From positions 1 to 14,723 of the forward strand of contig DAOUCN010000211.1 in the NCBI GenBank assembly GCA_034431995.1: a stretch of 14,723 nt of DNA, in the 5' to 3' direction. Positions within the stretch are counted from its first letter, which is position 1; every line of letters begins with the position of its first letter. The stretch is from Chloroflexota bacterium (GTDB lineage: Bacteria; Chloroflexota; DTOL01; DAOUCN01). A model generated the notes under the pieces. The model did no database searches and had not been told where the DNA came from. It worked only from the letters and a program-made list of their open reading frames with translations. The position numbers and the translations under genes were made by a program. Shown here in pieces: positions 1 to 7,757 of the stretch.

Positions 1-21
1 CACAAGGACAGAGGACAGGGG

Positions 22-1236
22 TTAGGGGGGAGAACCCCTGGCGCAACGAAAGCCGAGGCTGTTGTCGACGCCCGCCGGGGTGTCGCCGCCGCGACCGGCA
101 GAGCGCGCGCTGTCCTGGGGGTGGCCCCACGAGCCGCCGCGCACCACGCGAAACGTCCCGGAAGAAGGCCCCGTCGGGTTGCGCGCTGGCGCGCTCGTGT
201 AGTACTTCTCGTCGTACCAGTCCGCCACCCACTCCCACACGTTCCCCGCCATATCGGCGCAGCCATAGGGACTGTCGCCGTGCGGCGAATAGGCCCCCAC
301 CGGTGTCGTGTCGCCGGCGCCGCCCTCTTCCGTATTGCACCGCATCATGTCGAAGTCATCGCCCCAGGGATAGATGCGCCCGTCTGTGCCCCGCGCCGCC
401 TTCTCCCACTCGGCCTCCGTGGGCAGCCGCCAGTCCTGCCCCGTCTTCTGGCGCAGCCAGCGGCAGTAGGCCACGGCATCATGCCACGACACGTTGACCA
501 CTGGGTGCCGCTCCTTGCCCCGCGGCGGTCTCCCGCCCTCCCAGTGATTGGGCGCCCGATGGCCACTGTCTTGCACGAAAACGGCATATTCGGCGTTGGT
601 CACCGGGTATTTGCCGATAGCATACTCGTCCAGATAGACCCCGTGCTGCGGCTTCTCGTCTTCGCAGGCATCCAGGTCTAGATGGTGCCACCTCTGCGGC
701 CTCTCACATGAGTGTGCCTGGCTGTGGCTGTCAGCGGACCCCATCAGGAACTCCCCAGCTGGAATCGTAATCATCTCAGGTACGCCTAGCTCGCGCCGCC
801 TGCGCTCTTCCTCGGCCCGTCGCCGCGCCTCCTCTTCGGCCGCGTCCCGCTGCCGCTCTTCCTCCGCCCTCCGGCGCGCCTCCTCTTCGGCCGCGGCCCG
901 CTCCCGGTCTTCTGCCTCCCGCGCCAGCGGCGCGGCGCACTCCTCGCACATGTTCCACGCCGCGACGCGGTGGGTCTTGTGCAGGAACGCCCTGCCGCAT
1001 TGCCGGCACTTGAAGCTGTCCTCTAGCTTCACCCATTCGCCGCAGATCTCGCAGTAGCCGCCGGCAGGTGCGGCGGGTGGGGCGGCCCCTGGCCCCCCGA
1101 TGATGATCTGCTCGCCCTTGATGACGCCGATGTCGCCGACGAGCGGGCCGGCCTGCGGCTTCGGCATCTTGGTGCCGCACTCGGGGCAGAACTTGGCGTC
1201 GGTAGGGACGTCTCGACCACAATTCGGGCAAAGCAT
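22..1236 (-). CDS. Protein with two zinc ribbons, a charged single-alpha-helix spacer and an FGE/SUMF1-like (formylglycine-generating-enzyme fold) domain; the domain is probably non-catalytic.
   Basis: The 404-aa ORF has an ATG at 1234-1236 preceded by GAGGTGAC (reverse complement of 1237-1244) acting as the ribosome-binding site. The N-terminus carries CPNCG-x10-CPECG and CEICG-x11-CRQCG motifs. The C-terminus carries FGE-fold signatures: HPVVNVSWHDAVAYCRWL, WRLPTEAEWEKAARG, GNVWEWVADWY, RVVRGGSW and a GFRCAR ending. No CxxxxC pair follows GGSW, whereas catalytic FGEs have one (for example GGSYLCHDSYCNRYR). The stop TAA is at 22-24. Confidence 0.85.
   Translation of the reverse strand: MLCPNCGRDVPTDAKFCPECGTKMPKPQAGPLVGDIGVIKGEQIIIGGPGAAPPAAPAGGYCEICGEWVKLEDSFKCRQCGRAFLHKTHRVAAWNMCEECAAPLAREAEDRERAAAEEEARRRAEEERQRDAAEEEARRRAEEERRRRELGVPEMITIPAGEFLMGSADSHSQAHSCERPQRWHHLDLDACEDEKPQHGVYLDEYAIGKYPVTNAEYAVFVQDSGHRAPNHWEGGRPPRGKERHPVVNVSWHDAVAYCRWLRQKTGQDWRLPTEAEWEKAARGTDGRIYPWGDDFDMMRCNTEEGGAGDTTPVGAYSPHGDSPYGCADMAGNVWEWVADWYDEKYYTSAPARNPTGPSSGTFRVVRGGSWGHPQDSARSAGRGGDTPAGVDNSLGFRCARGSPP
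800..900 (-). repeat. A 51-bp tandem duplication (2 copies) encoding a 17-aa E/R-rich unit.
   Basis: gcgcctcctcttcggccgcg occurs at 825-844 and at 876-895, an offset of 51 bp. It encodes AAEEEARRRAEEERQRD AAEEEARRRAEEERRRR within the spacer of the zinc-ribbon/FGE-like protein. Confidence 0.85.
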
Positions 1237-1345
1237 GAGTCACCTCGCCCTAGCCATTTCTATGATCGCTGTCTCACTCGCGCGCGAAGGAGCGAAAGGG
1301 ATTTCCCTTCCGCCTTGCGTTCCACACGGCAAGCCTGCTGCGTGG

Positions 1346-1915
1346 TCACTCCGCGACCACGCCCAAAATCCACAGCCCGTCAACCAGCAAGAACGCGCCG
1401 TAGCTCAGCGCCAGCAGGTCGGGCTTTCCACTGGCGGGGGGCGCTATCAGACTGACGCTCCCCACGCATATCACGAGCAGGGCCAACTTGGCCAGTAGGG
1501 CAAGACCAAGGGCCTGCATGCGCCGGGCGTGCTGGCCTGAACTCCGGATCATGTCGTTGTCCAGTATATCTGATAGGACATTTGCCATGAAGAGGCCAAG
1601 CACACCCGACAGCAGCACATACATGATCCAGGATTGAATGAGGGGCGCTGGGTTCATCCGCTTCAGCAGCAGCCCGCCAGATGCCCACTCCACCGTTCCG
1701 ACGCTGATGACGACGCTGCCCACCATGAACAAGAAGGCAATCAGTGAAGCGGCGATAGCTGCCCATGGCACTTGGTGCGCCCGGGATCTGATGATGCGCA
1801 CGCCAAACAGGACCGCAGCAAGGGCACCTAGTCCCTTCATAAACATCTGCACCGTTGCTTCGGCCACGATTTCGGCGATGATCTCGCGCACAAGGCTAGC
1901 GACGTCTAGAGACAT
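1346..1915 (-). CDS. Small polytopic integral membrane protein (about 5-6 predicted transmembrane helices); function unknown.
   Basis: The 189-aa ORF is dominated by hydrophobic segments (LGALAAVLFGV, AAIAASLIAFLFMVGSVVISV, LIQSWIMYVLLSGVLGLFMANVL, ALGLALLAKLALLVICVGSVSLIA, LLALSYGAFLLVDGLWILGVV). Its ATG at 1913-1915 sits 2 nt after the stop of the upstream SPFH gene (TAG cc ATG), with GAGG 7 nt upstream. Confidence 0.7.
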   Translation of the reverse strand: MSLDVASLVREIIAEIVAEATVQMFMKGLGALAAVLFGVRIIRSRAHQVPWAAIAASLIAFLFMVGSVVISVGTVEWASGGLLLKRMNPAPLIQSWIMYVLLSGVLGLFMANVLSDILDNDMIRSSGQHARRMQALGLALLAKLALLVICVGSVSLIAPPASGKPDLLALSYGAFLLVDGLWILGVVAE

Positions 1916-1917
1916 GG

Positions 1918-3999
1918 CTACGCCTCATTGAAGAACTTCTCGCCACAGTTCTTGCAGTACTTGGTGCCCACAGGCGACTCCACGCCACACTTGCGGCAGA
2001 CAACCACGCGCGTCGGCCCTTGGCCGCCTCCGCCTTCGCCGCCCGACACCGTCTGCGCGCCGCCGGGCGTGACGATGACGGTGGGAGCGCTGCGGTCGCG
2101 GGCAAAGGCGGTGGCCGTGTCCCGCTGCGAGGCCATAGCCTCCCGATGCATGCGCTCTATCGTCTGAATGGCGTCGAGCAGGATCTTCGTTTGCTCGTCC
2201 TTCGATGCTTTGGTCACCTCCAGCACGCGCTCCAGCAGAGCCGTCTGCTGTTCGGCAGGCAGGCTCCGCAGAGTCGCCAGGGCCCGCGCGGCTTCTGGGG
2301 ACCTCTCGGCGGCCTCGGCCAGGATCTGCTCCGCCGACATACCCTTCCGTATCTCCATCTGCCGCAGGTTGACGATCAGTTGGGCGCGCTGCGGGTCGCT
2401 TTCCGCGATCACTACCTCGGCTGGGGCCCCTGCCAACGCCCGAATGCGTTCCATGTTCTGCCGGTGTTGCTCGGCTTCTTCCCTCAGTCGTCGCTCCAGG
2501 GCGAGCTCGTCGCGTTCTGCCTCGATCAGCATTTCCTCACGCTGCACCTTGAGCTTGCGGGCATCCATCAGCTCCAATGCCCGCACGCCGAGCTGGACGT
2601 CCAACCAGTCCTGCTCGCGCTCGATGGCATCAATCTCTGCCTGCGTTTTCGCCTCTGTCAGTCGGTGCTGCAACTCGATCTGTCTTGCCTCGATCTCGGT
2701 CTTCTTGCGCTCGAGAGTCTGGATGCGCTCCTCATTGATCTGGGCCCGCAGCTCCATCTCCCGTCGTTTGAGGCGCAGCTCCAGCAACTCGTTTTCGCCT
2801 TCCAGCTCCATGCGGTCGAGCTCTTTCTGGCGTTCGATCTCCAGCTTGCGCACCAGGTAGCGTCGCTGCAGCTCGTGGTCTTCGCGCTCTTCAGCAAAGC
2901 TGCGCTTGAGATCCTCAAACTCCTTATCGGAGATCAGTCTTGCCCTGTCCTGTTGCCGTAGGAATGCCTCCAGCTGGTCTTCCGAGCGGATCTCATCCAT
3001 CCTGTCCGAAAGCACAGCCGCCCGCATCCTGGCCCAAACCGCCGCTCGCCGCTCGTACTGCTCGACCTTCGCCGTCTCTTCAGCGATGGCCTGGATCTCC
3101 CGCTCGTTGAGAACATCCGCCAGCCGCTTCCGGCCAGACAGATCCGCTTCCTCGCGGGTGATCTGCACGAAGTAGTCTTCCTTCACCTTGCGCACCGCGT
3201 CCCAGCGCTCGTGGCGGAAGTTGAGGGTGCTGACGCGCTCGAAGGTGAGCCCCAGGCTCTTGAAGGTCTCCCGCAGATGGGCTTCGATGAAGGTGGCGAG
3301 CTCATCCTTGATAGCCAGATTGCTGCTCAGCTCGGCCACGGAGTGACGGGCAACGGCCTCGGCGGCAGCATTCTCAATCTCGGGCTTGAGGTACTCCGCC
3401 AACATGCTGCGGCTCACCGTTCGCTGCCCCTTCATCATGTTGACCAGGAAGAGGACGGCGTTGTTGATACGGGTGACCAGACGGCAGTCCAAGGTCATGG
3501 CCAGCGGGTCACTCGTATAGAGGCCGGAGATGGGAAACTCCAACACGACATCCCCCACGTCCACGAGGATGGCGGTTACAGTCTTGGCATGCCCCAGCAG
3601 GGGGACGTGGGAGAACGCAGTGTCCATGGTGTAGGGCCCGGGAGGCAGCTCGCCGGCTTCGTTGCGACCGTCCACCAGCAAGATGGCGCGCGTGCCTGCT
3701 TCCACGATCAGTTCCTTGCGGAAGAAGCCGGGGACGTCGTCCACCTCGATGCGGGCAGCAAAGTCATCGGGGCTTTTGGCCCAGCGATGACCCGACATGG
3801 CCGGCGCGACGGCGCCTGAGAGTTGTTTGCCGCATGCCGGGCAGAAGGTCGCATCTCCCGACACGGGCGCGCCACAGTGCGGGCAGGTACGCTGACCGGT
3901 ACCGGTTGGCTTGCCGCACTGAGGGCAGAAGCTGTAGTCTTTCTCCAGTTGGGTGCCACAATGGGGGCATTTCGCCTTGCCGATGCCAAAGATATTCAT
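1918..3999 (-). CDS. Protein with an N-terminal double zinc ribbon, an SPFH/Band-7 (Band_7_1-like) domain, a long flotillin-like coiled coil and a C-terminal zinc ribbon.
   Basis: The 693-aa ORF has CPHCG-x10-CPQCG and CPHCG-x10-CPACG motifs at aa 11-57. An FFRKELIVEAGTRAILLVDGRNEAGELPPGPYTMD... block, typical of Band_7_1-type SPFH domains, follows. About 280 aa of E/R/L-rich heptad coiled coil come next (ELQRRYLVRKLEIERQKELDRMELEGENELLELRLKRREMELRAQ...). The C-terminus ends with CRKCG-x10-CKNCG. The ATG at 3997-3999 is preceded by AAAAGGGG, and it lies 4 nt after the stop of the upstream gene. Confidence 0.85.
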   Translation of the reverse strand: MNIFGIGKAKCPHCGTQLEKDYSFCPQCGKPTGTGQRTCPHCGAPVSGDATFCPACGKQLSGAVAPAMSGHRWAKSPDDFAARIEVDDVPGFFRKELIVEAGTRAILLVDGRNEAGELPPGPYTMDTAFSHVPLLGHAKTVTAILVDVGDVVLEFPISGLYTSDPLAMTLDCRLVTRINNAVLFLVNMMKGQRTVSRSMLAEYLKPEIENAAAEAVARHSVAELSSNLAIKDELATFIEAHLRETFKSLGLTFERVSTLNFRHERWDAVRKVKEDYFVQITREEADLSGRKRLADVLNEREIQAIAEETAKVEQYERRAAVWARMRAAVLSDRMDEIRSEDQLEAFLRQQDRARLISDKEFEDLKRSFAEEREDHELQRRYLVRKLEIERQKELDRMELEGENELLELRLKRREMELRAQINEERIQTLERKKTEIEARQIELQHRLTEAKTQAEIDAIEREQDWLDVQLGVRALELMDARKLKVQREEMLIEAERDELALERRLREEAEQHRQNMERIRALAGAPAEVVIAESDPQRAQLIVNLRQMEIRKGMSAEQILAEAAERSPEAARALATLRSLPAEQQTALLERVLEVTKASKDEQTKILLDAIQTIERMHREAMASQRDTATAFARDRSAPTVIVTPGGAQTVSGGEGGGGQGPTRVVVCRKCGVESPVGTKYCKNCGEKFFNEA

Positions 4000-4003
4000 G
4001 GTC

Positions 4004-5680
4004 TCACGCCCCTTTTAGAAGTGCATTCCGCTTGATGATCATGTTGCGCAGGTCCTGGAGGGCGATCTCCAGCTTGCGCGCTTGAACCTCCACGTCGCCG
4101 GGCATATCCTCGACCACTCTGCGGTACATGGTCTGGCTGGTGTCTGCAGCGTCCTGGGCCTGCTGCAGGAGGGCGTCGTTCAGGTCGAGAATGCGGCGCA
4201 GGTCATCGAGATTGACCTGCTTGCGGGCCAAAAGGGTTGATTGGGCGTAGGTGCTGGCGCGCAGCTCGTCCTGCAGATCGGGGACGGCCTTGGCCAGTGA
4301 GCGCAATGCCGTCGCCAGGTTCTGTAGCGGGCTGCGGAAGGCCCGCGTCCAGGCTTCCTCCAGGTTGGATCTCACTCGCCCCAGGTGACCAGCCACCTCA
4401 GCGTTGACCATCTGCATGGCCGCCAGGCGCCGGGCCGGGCTGAGGCGGTCCTCCTCAGCACGGGCCAGGTTCTCGCGCCGGCGTGCCCGTGCCTTCCCCT
4501 CGTACCAGAAGCTCCAGACGAAGGCGATCACCGCCAGGACGATGCCAACCACACAGGTGATGATCTGCGGCAGGCGGGGGTCGGCGAAGAGCTGTGGCAT
4601 CACGGTATAGGCCAAGGTCGTGCCCAGCACAATAATGCTCCCCACAGCCCGCAGGATGTTGACCCAGCGGCGCAACTCCTCGATGACGGCGTCGCGCTTC
4701 TCGTCTTTTGGCTCCTTGTACCCGGCCTTCTTGAGCATCTCCTCAAAGCGGCCAAGCAGTTGCTCTTGCTGGCTGGCCAGCTTCTTGTCCAGGGCCTTCA
4801 CCAGTTGGTCTACGGCCTTCCCCACTTCAGGTGGCGTAGGCTTTCGCTCTTCGGCCAGCGGTTTCTTCTCCCCTGCCACCGGCTTGGGCTCCTCGGCAGG
4901 GGGCGGGCCCGCCATCTCCCGCCTGACCTCCGCTAGTTCGTCCTGGCGGAGAGCATCGCGTAGTCCGTACTCGTGCTCGATCTGCCGCAGGGTGTCCTGG
5001 AACTCCCGCTCGGTGCGCGCCGCCTCCAGGCGTGCTCTCACCTCGGCCTTCTGCAGATCGTTGCGCAGGCGGTGGATGGCCTCGACCCGGCGCACGGCTT
5101 CCTCCTGGGTGACGAAGGAAGGGCGTCCGGCCTCGAGCAGGGCAAGCCCCGCCGATTCCAGATAGGCGCGTGCTGGCCCATGGATCGCAGCTCCTATCTG
5201 CTGGGCAACCGTCTCGCTGCCGCACAGATCGCCAGCCACGAACTGACGAGCGGCGGCAGCCAGAGGAGCCGCGATACTGGACGCCAGGCGCCCCGCCAAC
5301 TCGCCGACCGTGAGGTAGGTGCGGCTCTCGTCGAGAGCCTGGAAAAGCCGGACGGGATCGCTCGCTTGCACGCGCACGAGCAAGTTGGCGACCAGCGCTT
5401 GCTTGTCGCCGCTGAAGACGCCGCTCACCTCCGGAACGAGGTATGCGGGTCTTGTGTCCACTAGGCCGATGTCGTCGGGCAGGCCGCCCCACGCCCAGCC
5501 GACCCGATGGCGCCCAGGCCCTAGGACGGTGGCCTGCCCCCTGCGTACCACGATGCCCTGCTGGCCCGGTCCCACGTCCAGCGTCTTAGTGATGACGCCG
5601 GGCAGGTTCTCCGGGTGGACGCGCCGCACCAGGACCTCCGTGCCCTGGCCGTCGGCGGGTGACTGCGTGTCGTTCATCAT
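4004..5680 (-). CDS. Divergent SPFH/Band-7-like coiled-coil protein with an internal hydrophobic hairpin (membrane anchor).
   Basis: The 558-aa ORF has a strong ribosome-binding site: AGGAGGAAACAC (reverse complement of 5681-5692) immediately before the ATG at 5678-5680. The N-terminal region (GQQGIVVRRGQATVLGPGRHRVGWAWGGLPDDIGLVDTRPAYLV) follows the same G..a.vvr.G....L.PG.H pattern as the SPFH domain of the downstream gene. Two hydrophobic segments lie at aa ~344-362 and 371-392 (nt ~4505-4651), flanked by helical/coiled-coil regions. The stop TGA is at 4004-4006. Confidence 0.75.
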   Translation of the reverse strand: MMNDTQSPADGQGTEVLVRRVHPENLPGVITKTLDVGPGQQGIVVRRGQATVLGPGRHRVGWAWGGLPDDIGLVDTRPAYLVPEVSGVFSGDKQALVANLLVRVQASDPVRLFQALDESRTYLTVGELAGRLASSIAAPLAAAARQFVAGDLCGSETVAQQIGAAIHGPARAYLESAGLALLEAGRPSFVTQEEAVRRVEAIHRLRNDLQKAEVRARLEAARTEREFQDTLRQIEHEYGLRDALRQDELAEVRREMAGPPPAEEPKPVAGEKKPLAEERKPTPPEVGKAVDQLVKALDKKLASQQEQLLGRFEEMLKKAGYKEPKDEKRDAVIEELRRWVNILRAVGSIIVLGTTLAYTVMPQLFADPRLPQIITCVVGIVLAVIAFVWSFWYEGKARARRRENLARAEEDRLSPARRLAAMQMVNAEVAGHLGRVRSNLEEAWTRAFRSPLQNLATALRSLAKAVPDLQDELRASTYAQSTLLARKQVNLDDLRRILDLNDALLQQAQDAADTSQTMYRRVVEDMPGDVEVQARKLEIALQDLRNMIIKRNALLKGA

Positions 5681-5692
5681 GTGTTTCCTCCT
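5681..5692 (-). promoter_or_regulatory. Shine-Dalgarno sequence (AGGAGGAAACAC) for the SPFH-like gene.
   Basis: The reverse complement of gtgtttcctcct is AGGAGGAAACAC, directly abutting the ATG at 5678-5680. AGGAGG ends 6 nt before the start. Confidence 0.75.
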
Positions 5693-5710
5693 ATCCGATT
5701 GACGGCAGCA

Positions 5711-7753
5711 CTACTGGATGCGCCAGGTCGTGCCGTCGAAGACCGTGGTCTTGCCCGGCGCGACCTCCACGTGGAAGACGGTGCGATCGCTCACCTCGAT
5801 CGCGTACCTTCCCGCCGTTAGGTCCACTATCCTGCGCCCCGTGTTATCTGTGTATCCGCTGGCTACCCCCCAGTCCTTTGCAGGTTTGCCTGCGACGTCC
5901 GTCTTCTGAGCGTAGATCCTGACGTAACGGTCAACATCCGCCGTACCATCTGACCGCTTGAGCGCAACAATGATGCGGCCCAGATTGATGACACGTTTGG
6001 TGACCTGTCCGGGCTGAATCGGGACGTTGTGTTCGCCCTCGACATCATAGGCTGTGCCCCACGGGTAGCCCAGCAGGTCCGCTCCGACGATGTACCTGCA
6101 CGGCGCCAGGTCGAAAGATACCGCACCCGTGTTGTCGGTGTAGCCGCTGGCGACTCGGCCGGCAGATACCCAATTGCCGGCGATGTCCTGCTGCTGGAGG
6201 TGCACCGTGACCCATTGATCCTGGATGACCGAGCCATCGGCACGTGTGAAGCCGACCTGCAGTCTGCCGATGGTGAGCACGAGCCGCGTGGTCTTGCCAA
6301 CGAGCACTTGCACGCTGGATTTGCCCTTGGTGTCCACGGCATCGCCCCAGTTGCACCCGGTGACGTCAACCGCCACGATATACTCGCCGGGATTCACGGC
6401 GAATGAAGCCATGCCCGTGTTGTCGGTGCTGCCTGCTGCCACCCGCTCAGCCCGCACCCAGCGGCCCTGAATATCCTGCTTCTGACCATAGACTTCGATC
6501 CACTTGTCTTTCCATACCATGCCCTCAGCCCCACGCACGACGACTTGCAGCGTTCCCTTTCCGGCAGGGGCGGCTGACGAATCAATGGTGGTGATCTCAT
6601 AGGCCGGCCGAATGGCACCAGTGTCCACCACGGGCGAAGCGGTGAAGGTGGGCACAGGGGTGGCTGTGGGCGGTACGGGTGTCGCCGTCGGCGGCACCGG
6701 TCTGGGCGTCGGGGTAACCACCGTTGGCGTAGGCGTCCTCTGCACCGCCGCGACAGGTGTCGGTGTGACCGTCGCTCTCCCGCCGGTGCCCCTGTAGGCG
6801 ACGACGGCATACACGGCCAGGCACACGACCACGAGCAGCGCCGCTATCCGGACCCAAGGCGGCTGCGGCTCACCCGGCCCCTTTGTCCCTTCGCGACTGA
6901 TGCGCTCCACAGGCTGGAGTGGCGCGCCCGGCTGCAACGAGGCGCGCAGCACGTTGGCAAACTCATGCGCTGAGGCGTAGCGCTTGGTTGGATCCTTGGC
7001 CAGCGCCCGCAGCACCGCCGTCTCCACGCTGGCTGGCACCTGGACGCCGAAGCTGGTCATGGGCGGCGGCGCTTGATGGACGTGCTGGTAGAGGATGGCC
7101 ATGGGGTCCTCACCCTTGAAGGGCGTGCTCCCTGTGATCGCCTCGTAGGCCACGATGCCCAGGGAGTAGATATCCGACCGGGCATCGGCCGGGTTGCCCT
7201 GGGCCCGTTCCGGGGCGACGTACTGCGCCGTGCCGCTCAGAGTGAGGCCCAGGCTGGATGCGGAGCTGCCCTTGACGGCTCGCGCCAGGCCGAAATCGCC
7301 GATCTTGGCCCGCCCGCTGTCGTCCAGCAGGATATTCGACGGCTTGACGTCGCGGTGTACCAGGCCCGCCTCGTGCGCCGCGTGGAGACCGTGGGCCACA
7401 TGGCTGATGAGGGCGATAGCCTCCTCAGGCGGCAAACGATGCTTCTGGAGCAGGACATCGGCGAGGGAGCGGGGCAGGTACTCCATGACGATGAAATAGC
7501 TGCCCTGATCCTCGCCTATCTCATGGACGGTGACCACATTAGGGTGGTTGAGGCGGGCGATCTTCTGCGCCTCGCTCAAGAAGGCCGCCTTGAATGTCGG
7601 GTCCGTAAGGAGAACAGGGTGCAGCACCTTCAGGGCGACGATGCGCTCCAGCATGGTGTCCCGGCACTTCAGCACCACGCCGAAGCGTCCCTGCCCGCTC
7701 TCCTCGATGACCTCGTATTTTCCGAACCGCCGGGGTTGTGCCGTCTGGTCCAT
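5711..7753 (-). CDS. Receptor-type Hanks Ser/Thr protein kinase: cytoplasmic kinase domain, one transmembrane helix, a Pro/Thr-rich linker and three extracellular ~95-aa beta-sandwich repeats.
   Basis: Kinase motifs are present: the G-loop GQGRFG, the VAIK-type IVALKVL, the catalytic HRDVKPSNILL, DFGLARA and YVAPE. The transmembrane helix is WVRIAALLVVVCLAVYAVVAY. The linker is TPTPVAAVQRTPTPTVVTPTPRPVPPTATPVPPTATPVPT. Three repeats each contain a G(S/Y)TDNTG...(F)xL.PGxY.V motif, which resembles CarboxypepD_reg/SdrD-B-like folds. I place the start at the ATG at 7751-7753, which follows GGGAGGGG (reverse complement of 7758-7766) with a 4-nt spacer. The ORF track's 7771 start is a GTG six codons upstream and lacks a ribosome-binding site. 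Confidence 0.88.
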   Translation of the reverse strand: MDQTAQPRRFGKYEVIEESGQGRFGVVLKCRDTMLERIVALKVLHPVLLTDPTFKAAFLSEAQKIARLNHPNVVTVHEIGEDQGSYFIVMEYLPRSLADVLLQKHRLPPEEAIALISHVAHGLHAAHEAGLVHRDVKPSNILLDDSGRAKIGDFGLARAVKGSSASSLGLTLSGTAQYVAPERAQGNPADARSDIYSLGIVAYEAITGSTPFKGEDPMAILYQHVHQAPPPMTSFGVQVPASVETAVLRALAKDPTKRYASAHEFANVLRASLQPGAPLQPVERISREGTKGPGEPQPPWVRIAALLVVVCLAVYAVVAYRGTGGRATVTPTPVAAVQRTPTPTVVTPTPRPVPPTATPVPPTATPVPTFTASPVVDTGAIRPAYEITTIDSSAAPAGKGTLQVVVRGAEGMVWKDKWIEVYGQKQDIQGRWVRAERVAAGSTDNTGMASFAVNPGEYIVAVDVTGCNWGDAVDTKGKSSVQVLVGKTTRLVLTIGRLQVGFTRADGSVIQDQWVTVHLQQQDIAGNWVSAGRVASGYTDNTGAVSFDLAPCRYIVGADLLGYPWGTAYDVEGEHNVPIQPGQVTKRVINLGRIIVALKRSDGTADVDRYVRIYAQKTDVAGKPAKDWGVASGYTDNTGRRIVDLTAGRYAIEVSDRTVFHVEVAPGKTTVFDGTTWRIQ
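5714..6560 (-). repeat. Three diverged ~285-bp coding repeats; these are the extracellular beta-sandwich repeats of the receptor kinase.
   Basis: At the protein level the repeats share DIxGxWV...SGYTDNTG..SF.L.PxxYIV; the DNA is diverged. At the DNA level compare gtgttatctgtgtatccgctggc (5841-63), gtgttgtcggtgtagccgctggc (6121-43) and gtgttgtcggtgctgcctgctgc (6411-33). Confidence 0.75.
6630..6780 (-). repeat. Low-complexity Pro/Thr-rich linker-coding segment with internal short DNA repeats.
   Basis: ggcggtacgggtgtcgccgtcggcggcaccggtctgggcgtcggggt-type repeats encode PTATPVPPTATPVPT on the minus strand, immediately extracellular to the transmembrane helix. Confidence 0.8.
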
Positions 7754-7757
7754 AACA

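Noticed and set aside
1-45. A short G/C hairpin (agggg...cccct) overlapping the TAA stop at 22-24 of the last gene, considered as an intrinsic terminator.
   Set aside because: No U-rich tract follows on the transcript strand. It is only 20 nt from the window edge, so the context is missing. This is not enough evidence for a terminator call.
2020-2961. Long plus-strand ORFs (2020..2961, 2168..2860, 3211..3819, 121..681, 4385..4936, 4620..5165, 4973..5464, 7073..8032, 9611..10498, 11703..12446, 12638..13138, 12988..13398 and similar).
   Set aside because: Each lies entirely antisense to a long minus-strand ORF that has recognisable domains (kinase motifs, WD40, SPFH, zinc ribbons). Their translations are low-complexity Ser-, Pro-, Arg- or Leu-rich strings typical of off-frame reading of high-GC DNA. 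None has a ribosome-binding site or sensible gene spacing.
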